Both the position numbers and the translations under genes were made by a program. A stretch of DNA of 40,669 bases from Candidatus Woesearchaeota archaeon (GTDB lineage Archaea > Nanobdellota > Nanobdellia > SCGC-AAA011-G17 > GW2011-AR17). The stretch covers positions 1 through 40,669 of the forward strand of contig JAFCFS010000002.1 in NCBI GenBank assembly GCA_017608525.1. Reading direction: 5' to 3'. The number at the start of each line of letters is the position of its first letter. Positions within the stretch are counted from its first letter, which is position 1. A model generated the notes under the pieces. That model was not told where the DNA came from. It worked only from the letters and a program-made list of their open reading frames with translations, and made no database searches. Positions 18,919-27,308 of this stretch are shown piece after piece.

Positions 18919-21236
18919 AAAAATCACAAATATCGATTAATCTGGCTATAATTTTAGCAATTCTTATAATATTGGTGCTTTTTTCTCTATTCTTTTTTGT
19001 AGAGAGAAAAGTGGAAAAGACTTCGTTTAAAATTTTTAAGAAAACCGAAACGATTCCTCTTCTCGAGATTGAGGAACAGGAAGGATTTAATTTATTTAAC
19101 AATTTTGTGAAAGGCTTTGAAGAATGCTCTAAAGAAAGTAACTGTTTTTGCGATATTTATAAACTAAAATTTCCCAAAGATTATAAAATTTTTATAGAAA
19201 ATTCAAACGAGAGCATATTATTGCAATTGATTAATCCTGATGGAGAAGTATTGATTTCTGAAAAGATTGATGGTGTGAAAATAGGAAAACTACAAAAGGA
19301 TTTCTCTTGCTTAGAAACTGAAGCTGTTGAAGTATCTTCAGATGGAGAAGAACTCTACATTGATGGAATTTATAGGCTTGCAGGAAGATACGAATTGTTT
19401 AGATCTGGAAAGAACATCTGCTTTATAATAAACAAAACTGGAGTAAATTTTGAATCAGAAAAAAACTTTCCAAGATGCAAATATAAAATCAAAAAGAAAA
19501 GAGAAATTGCATCAAACTATTTAGAAAAAATATCCCAAATGTTTAAGAAGTGTGCGTTAAATAAAATAGACTGTATATGCAAAATTCCGAAAGAAGAAAT
19601 TCCGGAGGGCTACAAAATTATTTTAAGCAATTCTGAGGGAAAAACCGAATTGTCCCTATATGAAAAAAACAATCAAATAAAGAAAGAAGAAATAAATCTT
19701 GGTAATGTTTCTATTGAGAATGAAATAAGTGCAATTGCTGAAAATGCAGAGATTTGTATTTTGGGGAATGAGATCTATAAAAATTGTACAATTCCTTTAG
19801 AGGTTAAATACAACGAAACATACAATTTTCTCTTGTATGAAAAAAATCCAATTTTAATTATCGGTGAAAGAGGAGCAATTTCTTATAATGGAAAATTGCT
19901 AAATAAAGTAAAATTCCCGACTTGTAAAACAGGTGAAGAAAAAATTTACCATAATGGTTGGCCAACTTTGCCGTATAATGGAGCATATTTTATTGATGAA
20001 TGTTTTGGTTTTTATGGTGGAGAGTGTAATAAAGGAATAAAAATTTTGCAGAAAGAAGGTGAAAGTGTTTTTTCAACAGAAGATGGAATTGTTAAAGAAA
20101 TAGACGAGGAAGGAAGAAAAATTGTTATAAAACAAAAGAACGGCATAATTGCAATTTACGAAAATGTTCTTCCAGTAATCAAATTAAAAGAAAGAAACAC
20201 TGTAAAAAAAGGAGAGGAAATCGGGATTGTTGTTCCAAAGCTTAGTGAAGAAAAATCGTATTTGGAATATTCCATAATTTCTCCCTATTTTTCCAATATA
20301 AGCAACGAAAATGTTTGTACTGAAACAAGAGATGGAGCGTTTGTTTATGAAGATGGATTTTATTATGTTAACCCTATATGCTTCTTTGATCCAGAAATAA
20401 GGAAGGATTTAACTTTTTCTAAAAAATGTAGAGATATAGATTGTAGCCTATATGGAAATAAAAAAGAATATACGCCAAAACTTAGAATTTTAGTAATACC
20501 TGTAAATTGGAAGGGAAAATTTTCAGATTTTATTAGATTAGCTAACGACGCCTTAAACAAATTTATAAGCGTTTCTCCATTAAAAGATTGCCCAACAAAT
20601 CTTAAAAAAATAATTCCCTTTGAGAGAACGAATTATGGTAAAAACTGGAATAATGGCTATTGTAGGATTGAAAGCGAGAATAATTGCTTTAAAAATGCCT
20701 TGAGAAAAATTAAGGATTGTGCAGAAGAATTCAAAATGGCAACAGGAAAAGATTACGATTTTGTTATTGGATTAATAGATTCTAATATAGCACTTGCGCC
20801 CAGATGCAACTTTGGAGATAGGGGATGGACCATGCCTGGTTCAAAAGCCATATTCGTTGAAGCGTTTTACGAAAGTGATGTAATCCATGAACTTGGACAC
20901 AAATTTGGATTAGTTGACCAATATTGCGACTGCTCAAAGACAGAAAAAGCATTCCTTTGTGGAGTAGACGCTCTCCCAAATCCTTTAAGAAAAGAATTGG
21001 GTTGCGATCCCTCCAATTGCTGCGGAAAAAGTGAAAAAAGTTTCCCCTATATTAAGGGTTGCAAATGGTGCAGGGGAAATTTTGACATGTATGCTAAAGA
21101 TACAGATGGAGATCTAATACCTGACAGTGGAAATAGAACAGTTATGTCAAATTATCCGAATTCAAAAGCATTTAGCAAGGAGGAATACCAATGGTTGGAA
21201 CTTCAAAAAAAATTGCAATGTGTTCAGCAGAAATAG
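18915..21236 (+). CDS. Large pilin-like protein with degenerate M23-like domain and C-terminal zincin metalloprotease
   Basis: MKKS/QISINLAIILAIL signal; two Cys-containing repeats; GWP..FG..NKGIKI..GESV.S..DG.V..VKKGEEIG.V..YLEY..VNP; HELGHKFGLVD. Confidence 0.75.
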   Translation: MKKSQISINLAIILAILIILVLFSLFFFVERKVEKTSFKIFKKTETIPLLEIEEQEGFNLFNNFVKGFEECSKESNCFCDIYKLKFPKDYKIFIENSNESILLQLINPDGEVLISEKIDGVKIGKLQKDFSCLETEAVEVSSDGEELYIDGIYRLAGRYELFRSGKNICFIINKTGVNFESEKNFPRCKYKIKKKREIASNYLEKISQMFKKCALNKIDCICKIPKEEIPEGYKIILSNSEGKTELSLYEKNNQIKKEEINLGNVSIENEISAIAENAEICILGNEIYKNCTIPLEVKYNETYNFLLYEKNPILIIGERGAISYNGKLLNKVKFPTCKTGEEKIYHNGWPTLPYNGAYFIDECFGFYGGECNKGIKILQKEGESVFSTEDGIVKEIDEEGRKIVIKQKNGIIAIYENVLPVIKLKERNTVKKGEEIGIVVPKLSEEKSYLEYSIISPYFSNISNENVCTETRDGAFVYEDGFYYVNPICFFDPEIRKDLTFSKKCRDIDCSLYGNKKEYTPKLRILVIPVNWKGKFSDFIRLANDALNKFISVSPLKDCPTNLKKIIPFERTNYGKNWNNGYCRIESENNCFKNALRKIKDCAEEFKMATGKDYDFVIGLIDSNIALAPRCNFGDRGWTMPGSKAIFVEAFYESDVIHELGHKFGLVDQYCDCSKTEKAFLCGVDALPNPLRKELGCDPSNCCGKSEKSFPYIKGCKWCRGNFDMYAKDTDGDLIPDSGNRTVMSNYPNSKAFSKEEYQWLELQKKLQCVQQK

Positions 21237-21895
21237 TATTTTTAGTCTTGCTCATCAACTTTGTATTTGGATTACAACCAATTTTAGAAATAGATATAGC
21301 AATAACCCCAGAAGACAAAGTAATTTATGATAACACAAGAATTACTTTCGGGAGTGAATCACAAATTGTATACAACCAAGGGAATTATAAAATTGTTATT
21401 TACGATGTTCTGGGAAAAGAAATTTTTTCAGCAAATTATCAGCCTTATTTTTTAATTCAATCCAATCCACCAATGAAAACAGATTATGCGGTAATTAATG
21501 AGAAGGTTGAATACAGAAAAAATATGTTTGTTTTGAAGATTCTACACAACGACAAACCAATTTATGTGAAGTATCTTGACTTTTGCAACGAAAATGGGGT
21601 TTGTGAGGACGGAGAAAACTATATATCATGTAAAGAGGATTGCCCACTAGATAAAAATGATGGCATGTGTATAAATGAAAAAGATTTTGTTTGTGATCCA
21701 GATTGTTTGAAGGGAGAAGACCCGGATTGTAACAATTGGCTTTTGAAACTTTCCTCTATAATTTTCTTTATATTTGTTATTCTTTTAATCTTTTCATTTA
21801 GAGCCCCAAGGAAATTCATTAAAAAAGAGATTAAAATAGCCACAGAAAGATTTAAATATGCTCTTAGCTTTTTTTATAAACGTGGCAAAAGATAA
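21218..21895 (+). CDS. Secreted Cys-rich membrane-anchored protein
   Basis: Signal peptide from ATG 21218; CNENGVCEDGENYISCKEDC and CDPDC..DPDC motifs; C-terminal TM with basic tail. Confidence 0.75.
   Translation: MCSAEIVFLVLLINFVFGLQPILEIDIAITPEDKVIYDNTRITFGSESQIVYNQGNYKIVIYDVLGKEIFSANYQPYFLIQSNPPMKTDYAVINEKVEYRKNMFVLKILHNDKPIYVKYLDFCNENGVCEDGENYISCKEDCPLDKNDGMCINEKDFVCDPDCLKGEDPDCNNWLLKLSSIIFFIFVILLIFSFRAPRKFIKKEIKIATERFKYALSFFYKRGKR
21845..21858 (+). promoter_or_regulatory. BRE/TATA-like promoter of the 21882 pilin
   Basis: GAAAGA-TTTAAATA about 24 nt before the in-frame GTG. Confidence 0.5.
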
Positions 21896-22388
21896 AAAAG
21901 ATAAAAGAGGTGCGGAAATTTCTATATCGATTTTGGTTGTGTTTGCTATAGCTCTAATTGTACTGGTTTTGGTTGCCCTCTTTTTTATGGGAAAAATGGA
22001 ATGGTTAATAGGGAAAAAAAGTGAAGTAACAAAAACTGTATTAAGTGAAGCTGAAAGAAGTTTGGCACTTGAGAAATGTAAGCTTTACTGTAAACTGGGG
22101 AATAAGGATGGCTATGAAAATCCAGGTTTCTCACAAAAAGTTATTGATGCAGGATTTACAAAATGCAGTGATTTTGACGAGTTGGGACCTTTTGAAGAGG
22201 AATGTTTGACTAAGGAATGCTATGGAACACCAAGTCCATGTGGAGAAAGGTCAGAAGCGGATTGTAAATTTGGTTGTAGTTGGGATGTAGATGCTGGAGA
22301 ATGCAAGGGAAGTCCATATGCATGCAGTAGTATGACAAATGAAGATGATTGCAGGGCAAATGGTTGTACTTGGGGTGTAAGAGGCTAG
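21882..22388 (+). CDS. Pilin-like protein with two C-terminal Cys-rich repeats
   Basis: KDKRG/AEISISILVVFAIALIVL signal; C.G.P..C...DC..GC.W twice; GTG 21882 preferred as start. Confidence 0.78.
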   Translation: MAKDKKDKRGAEISISILVVFAIALIVLVLVALFFMGKMEWLIGKKSEVTKTVLSEAERSLALEKCKLYCKLGNKDGYENPGFSQKVIDAGFTKCSDFDELGPFEEECLTKECYGTPSPCGERSEADCKFGCSWDVDAGECKGSPYACSSMTNEDDCRANGCTWGVRG

Positions 22389-22400
22389 AAAGTTTTATAT
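22388..22400 (+). promoter_or_regulatory. BRE/TATA-like promoter of the 55-aa pilin
   Basis: GAAAG-TTTTATAT about 24 nt before ATG 22424. Confidence 0.5.
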
Positions 22401-22423
22401 TGATGCAATTCTTTGTTCTAAAT

Positions 22424-22591
22424 ATGTATAAAAGAGGAGATATTTCAATAAGGTATGTTGTGTTGTTTGCTTTGGCAATAATTGTTTTGATTGTTGTGAT
22501 ACTTATTTTTCAAAGTGGCGCAAGTGATTTTGCAGCTAAAATTAAGAATTTGATTAAAGAAATATGGTCTTTAAAACCAAAAATAAAATGA
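22424..22591 (+). CDS. 55-aa minimal pilin
   Basis: MYKRG/DISIRYVVLFALAIIVLIVVILIF; ATGA overlap with the next gene. Confidence 0.8.
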   Translation: MYKRGDISIRYVVLFALAIIVLIVVILIFQSGASDFAAKIKNLIKEIWSLKPKIK

Positions 22592-24117
22592 AGGCCCAAA
22601 CAGAAAGCTATAGTTTTCTCATAGGACTCATAATTACAATACTTATATTTAGTGTATTTATTGTATGGTTTGTTAATTATACGCAAATGAAAACACCGCT
22701 GGAAGATTGTTTTAATTCTTTAGTAAATTTAACTGAGAATTTGGAAGATGGAAAATACTCCGAGGTCGTCTGCAAAATACCAAAAGGCTCATTTATATCC
22801 ATTAAGCCAAAAGTTGGCACGCCAGAAATTTGTAAGGAACAAGATTGTATTTGTATGTGCAAAAACTGTAAGGGAAAATTTACCATGTGCAAGTCTTTTA
22901 AAGATATAAAGTTTTCAACATGGTATAAGATCAGAGAAGGGAATTACGTATTAAGGGTAGAGAAGCACGGAAATATTGTAGCGATATGCGAATCAAAAGG
23001 TGAACCATGCTTGTTTGAGGAAAGAGAAAAAGCTATTTCTGTTTTTGATCAATTTGTTGAGAAAATAGAAATGTGCTTAAAAACTAAAAAGTCTGATTGT
23101 CTTTGTGAAAAAATAAACATTGGAGAACTCCCAAAATACTACAGTATTCTTCTTTTCAAGAAAGAATATCCGACAATGACTCTTGCTTTAACATATGTTG
23201 ATCCACAAACCCAGAAATATATTATAATTGATGAAAAAGAATTTGTAGGGCAACCATACTTCTTAGAATACAATTATGAAAAGAAAGAATTCGAAGAAAA
23301 AGCTCCAATTACAGGTATAGTGATTGAAGACAAAGGAACTATGAGGGCAGTTGATCTTTCAATAGAGGACTTTAAAGTTAATGGAGAAGTACAACCGTTT
23401 AAGACAAAGGATGGACTTGGATTCGTTAAAAAGGATAAAGTTTTTGATTTTGAGCGAATAAAACTTGATAAAAATTATTGTTCAGAAATGGAATTTGATG
23501 AAATCGGATTTATAGATCTCGGAACATTTAGTGAAAAAACCAATCTTTATTATTTAATTGAGGGATTGGATAAAAATTTAAATAAATTCGTAAAAGTGAT
23601 TAAAACACCAAAGGAAGAGTTGGCTATAAATGATGAGTTACAAATTTTCAAAAGGCGAGCAAGGTGGTTCAGAAAATTACAAAAAAAATTGGGGAATGAA
23701 TTTGAAGATAAATTATTTATTATCTCATTTAGCGCAAATTTTCACGAGAGCCAAGAGAAAAGTTTAAACACAACCATATTTTATTTGAAAAATTCTATCC
23801 TGGGAAAAAAGTTTGCAGAAACGCTTTCAAATTACATAAAAGGTTCTGTAAAAGAGCTTATGGGGGAAGAGGACCAAAACAAATTTTTTATCACGTGCAA
23901 CGAAAAAGAATACCCAATTGTTGACGAACTTAACTCTTATTCCAAGCTTCCAGTTTGCGAGAATAAAAATGAAATCCAAGCAGTATTCGTAGTTCTAGAT
24001 ATTTATGGCTATGCCCAACATGAACTTGAAGATCTATATAAAGAAAACGCTCTTAAAATTGCAAATGGTGTTGAAGAATATTTGAAAGAAAAAACTAAAA
24101 TAGAAAAATTATTTTGA
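22588..24117 (+). CDS. Large pilin-like protein with degenerate Amidase_3-like C-terminal domain
   Basis: MKA/QTESYSFLIGLII signal; Cys cluster; GFIDLG, RRAR, FIISFSAN, TTIFY, KKFAETL, QAVFVV, ALKIANGVEEYL in amidase order. Confidence 0.7.
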   Translation: MKAQTESYSFLIGLIITILIFSVFIVWFVNYTQMKTPLEDCFNSLVNLTENLEDGKYSEVVCKIPKGSFISIKPKVGTPEICKEQDCICMCKNCKGKFTMCKSFKDIKFSTWYKIREGNYVLRVEKHGNIVAICESKGEPCLFEEREKAISVFDQFVEKIEMCLKTKKSDCLCEKINIGELPKYYSILLFKKEYPTMTLALTYVDPQTQKYIIIDEKEFVGQPYFLEYNYEKKEFEEKAPITGIVIEDKGTMRAVDLSIEDFKVNGEVQPFKTKDGLGFVKKDKVFDFERIKLDKNYCSEMEFDEIGFIDLGTFSEKTNLYYLIEGLDKNLNKFVKVIKTPKEELAINDELQIFKRRARWFRKLQKKLGNEFEDKLFIISFSANFHESQEKSLNTTIFYLKNSILGKKFAETLSNYIKGSVKELMGEEDQNKFFITCNEKEYPIVDELNSYSKLPVCENKNEIQAVFVVLDIYGYAQHELEDLYKENALKIANGVEEYLKEKTKIEKLF

Positions 24118-24188
24118 AATTTCACAGATTTAATCCATATTTTAGCTTATAGTAAAATTTTATATAATTTGGTTCATTCCTAATTATT

Positions 24189-24545
24189 ATGAATAAAAAG
24201 AGTCAAGCAGAGGTATGGGAACTGACTCTCTTATTTGAAGTTATTATAGGAATTGTCGTTGCATTTTTTCTCCTTTATTATTCCACAACATTTAATGTAC
24301 TTTCCGGATATAATGTTGCATATGCTGAAAAGGATATATCTTTTCTAACAGAAGCCGCCCTTTCTTCCCCGAACGACGTTAAGATAGAGTACCCCTTAAG
24401 TGAAGATTATTCAGTTTCAATTGGCGAAAATATAAGCGTAACACATAAGGAGGGATTTTTACCAAAAGATCTTTTTAATAGGAAATCTGTCCTTATAATC
24501 CAGAAGAAAGGAGAAAAATTATTTTTTAGAAGAGAAGAAAAATGA
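24189..24545 (+). CDS. Pilin-like protein
   Basis: MNKKS/QAEVWELTLLFEVIIGIVVAFFLL; TTTTATAT about 25 nt upstream. Confidence 0.75.
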   Translation: MNKKSQAEVWELTLLFEVIIGIVVAFFLLYYSTTFNVLSGYNVAYAEKDISFLTEAALSSPNDVKIEYPLSEDYSVSIGENISVTHKEGFLPKDLFNRKSVLIIQKKGEKLFFRREEK

Positions 24546-24976
24546 AAAACGCACAATACGATTTAAGGAAGGCATTCTATTATGTTATTGTAGTTATAAT
24601 AATAGCCATAATTTTTTTTGTTACGGTAGGCGTTTACCATAGATACCAGGCCAAGGTTGTTGAGAAAGTTAAAAATTTAGAAAATGAAATGATAGTTTTT
24701 GAGCTCATTACTTCTCCTCACTGTTTAGCCTATTACGATAGTGAAATTAGAAGAACTTATCCGTCTATTATAGATATGAATAAATTCGACGAAAAAATCT
24801 TCAAGGAAAATTGTATGAAATACATAAAAAAACCATTCGAAGTTAAAATTGGTGAAAAGACTTTGAAATTTGGGAAGTTAACTGATGGTACCACAATAGA
24901 GAAGTATTTTTTTGTTAAAGAAGGGGAAGAAACAAAGTTAAGAAAGGTTGTTTTTAGAATAGAAAATGAAAAATAA
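24542..24976 (+). CDS. Pilin-like protein
   Basis: MKNA/QYDLRKAFYYVIVVIIIAIIFFV; SPHCLAY..YP.IIDM.KF. Confidence 0.75.
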   Translation: MKNAQYDLRKAFYYVIVVIIIAIIFFVTVGVYHRYQAKVVEKVKNLENEMIVFELITSPHCLAYYDSEIRRTYPSIIDMNKFDEKIFKENCMKYIKKPFEVKIGEKTLKFGKLTDGTTIEKYFFVKEGEETKLRKVVFRIENEK

Positions 24977-25499
24977 AAAAGGGCAAATAGAGGACGTCTT
25001 TGCAGATCTTTTTCCTGCAATGCTTATAATAACAATAGCCCTTTTTATTATTAGTACAGGGAATACTATAAGCAGAGACAAAATTGAAATGGAAATTGAA
25101 GGAACAAACGAATATCCTGTAAAAGTTGATATGCTTACTTTGCTAAGATCTAAAATTAAATTCGAAAACTATGAAGGAACTTTTGCTGAAGCATTAAATG
25201 AAATACTCTTCAATAAAACTAAATTTGTAGGAGAACTTTACACCTATCCCGAAGCAAGATATTGTACCCAAGAAACTAGAAATTTTATTGATAAATTTTT
25301 TTCGGATAAAAAATGGATTATTGAGGCCTATGGCGAATCTGGCGAAAATTTATTTATGTGTACAAGTTATGACTTTGAAGAAAAGCTTCTATACAAAGGG
25401 AAAAAGAAAATAGAGGGGATTATAAAATCTGAAATTAAAATACCAACAAAAAACCCTGACGAAACGATAACAATTGTATTTAGAGGTGTAAGAAGATGA
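24966..25499 (+). CDS. Pilin-like protein
   Basis: MKNKKG/QIEDVFADLFPAMLIITIALFII. Confidence 0.75.
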   Translation: MKNKKGQIEDVFADLFPAMLIITIALFIISTGNTISRDKIEMEIEGTNEYPVKVDMLTLLRSKIKFENYEGTFAEALNEILFNKTKFVGELYTYPEARYCTQETRNFIDKFFSDKKWIIEAYGESGENLFMCTSYDFEEKLLYKGKKKIEGIIKSEIKIPTKNPDETITIVFRGVRR

Positions 25500-25924
25500 A
25501 AAGGAAATCAACAGTAATATTATTAATAGTTTCTTTTGCTTTTTTAACATCAATGATAATATTTTACTCTACTGCAAATATGCAAATACCTGGAGGGAAA
25601 GAAAAAAAGCATGTTGGAGTTAAAGGGATAGAGGTATTCAAGAGCTATTACCGAGGGGAGGAAATTCTCTATTTTTTAGATTTGGCAGCAAAATATTCTT
25701 ATAACAAAGCAAAAAAATCTGAAAATATTGAAGAAATATTCGAAAATGAGCTATCAAAATACTTAAAAAAAATGAACGAGATTTACGGAACGGATCTAAA
25801 AATAGACGATTTCGATATAGAATTCAAAAAAAATGAAACGATAGGAATCTGCTTAAAAAAAATAACAATATATACTCAGAATTCCGAATATTCTTTTGTT
25901 CCAAATTTTAAAGTAGTGGGATAA
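25496..25924 (+). CDS. Pilin-like or membrane-anchored protein
   Basis: MKRKS/TVILLIVSFAFL; last gene of the translationally coupled run. Confidence 0.65.
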   Translation: MKRKSTVILLIVSFAFLTSMIIFYSTANMQIPGGKEKKHVGVKGIEVFKSYYRGEEILYFLDLAAKYSYNKAKKSENIEEIFENELSKYLKKMNEIYGTDLKIDDFDIEFKKNETIGICLKKITIYTQNSEYSFVPNFKVVG

Positions 25925-26133
25925 ACAACAAAATCCTTCTTATTTTCTATAGATTTAATAGATTTTGAACAAATTGAAAAAAGTGCACCAATCAAAATTG
26001 CAGTTAATGCTACCTTTAAGTATTTTCCGATTTTCTTTTCCCTTCTTTTATAATAGAGAAAAACTTCTTCAGCAACTTCGGTATGTTCCTCTATCCTTTC
26101 AATTTCTTTTTTTACCAATTCAGAAAGAGACAT
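25876..26133 (-). CDS. Small hypothetical protein with one TM segment
   Basis: MSLSELVKKE..YLKVALTAILIGALFSIC; overlaps the end of the upstream gene; start uncertain. Confidence 0.5.
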   Translation of the reverse strand: MSLSELVKKEIERIEEHTEVAEEVFLYYKRREKKIGKYLKVALTAILIGALFSICSKSIKSIENKKDFVVYPTTLKFGTKEYSEF

Positions 26134-26923
26134 CCTTCCACACCTCAAATTTTTTCTTTAAACACTTAAATTGTTCAATACATTTTTCTACCTGTTTTGA
26201 ATAAACCGCCCTCGAAAATTCCCTTTCTATTTTTTCTCTTTCCTTCTGCAATTTTTCTATTTTCCCAAAGGAGCATTCCTCTATTTTCTTCTGAAGTCCA
26301 GAAATTTTCATAGCTAAATTACATAAAGGCCCAATTAAATTTATATTTCCGTTGTAAAGATTGTTGCACTTGTCAAAGTCTTTATATAAACTAAAATATA
26401 TTTTGTTTAATTTTTCAACGCTTTCTTTTGTTGGCTCATTCGAGAATATTTCACTAACCGCAAATTCTTTTGAGGAAATCCTTTTTCTCAGTATAGACAA
26501 TTCTTTCTTAGATTCTTTAACATCTTTTTTGTTTTTTAAAAAGAGCTCTATTTTCTCCATTAGCCTTTCAACTTTTTTAAGTCCTTTATTGTATTTTAGC
26601 AAGATGAATTTATTTTTCAAATCAGAAAGCCGGCAATAATACTTAAGGAACCTCTTCTCTTTAAAAAATATTATTCTTTCAACCTTCTTTTTTATTGTTT
26701 TATATTCATTTTCAAGTTTAATAATCTCTTCGTTTAGCTTTCTTTCTATTAAGTTATAAACTTCTTTTAAGAGTTCTTCATTTTTGCATCTCTCTTTCAA
26801 AAGCATGTCTTTTAATTCAAGGTAATCTTCTATGTCCTCATCTTCGAGTTTCTTTTTTGTTAGTATCTTTGCTTTTAGTTTTTGTATTTCTCCTTCTTTT
26901 AATATTTCTTCCAGACTTTCCAT
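26120..26923 (-). CDS. Hypothetical helical/coiled-coil protein
   Basis: 267 aa, K/E/L-rich; GGGGG upstream. Confidence 0.65.
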   Translation of the reverse strand: MESLEEILKEGEIQKLKAKILTKKKLEDEDIEDYLELKDMLLKERCKNEELLKEVYNLIERKLNEEIIKLENEYKTIKKKVERIIFFKEKRFLKYYCRLSDLKNKFILLKYNKGLKKVERLMEKIELFLKNKKDVKESKKELSILRKRISSKEFAVSEIFSNEPTKESVEKLNKIYFSLYKDFDKCNNLYNGNINLIGPLCNLAMKISGLQKKIEECSFGKIEKLQKEREKIEREFSRAVYSKQVEKCIEQFKCLKKKFEVWKDVSF

Positions 26924-27251
26924 TGTTGAGCCCCCTTAAGTATTTTAGTATCAGTTTGTATTCTTTCCTTTTGTATTCCTTTATGTAACGATTTCTTTTT
27001 ACTATATTTAAAAGTAGAATAAGGTCTTCCCTTCTTTCTTCAACTTTCCCAAGGTAGTTGTAATAGATTGAAAAAATCTTAATTCTCTCTTCCCATTTCC
27101 ATACTCTTTTAAACCCCAAATAATAGTCGCCAGCAAGAACTCTGGCAGCATCACAAATTAATCTATCAAAGATATCTCCATTTGCTTTTTCATTGTAAAA
27201 ATTTCTAATGCTGTTTTTATAAGAGTTTTCTAAAAGGTTGTCCAAGCACAT
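26838..27251 (-). CDS. Hypothetical protein
   Basis: 137 aa ORF filling the gap; 86-nt overlap with the next gene. Confidence 0.5.
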   Translation of the reverse strand: MCLDNLLENSYKNSIRNFYNEKANGDIFDRLICDAARVLAGDYYLGFKRVWKWEERIKIFSIYYNYLGKVEERREDLILLLNIVKRNRYIKEYKRKEYKLILKYLRGLNNGKSGRNIKRRRNTKTKSKDTNKKETRR

Positions 27252-27308
27252 AAAAAAACTCTGGCAAATTTTATTTATTACAATTCCCCATAGTTTTTCG
27301 AAAAATTT

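Noticed and set aside
22349-22423. Extended N-termini given by the ORF track here and at 21858, 22564, 30773, 34746 and 37611
   Set aside because: They overlap neighbouring genes or promoters; downstream starts give proper signal peptides, SD spacing or stop-start coupling
13545-25924. Archaellum operon
   Set aside because: No ArlH (KaiC-like), ArlF/G or archaellin-type N-terminus; the ATPase and platform sizes fit a pilus system
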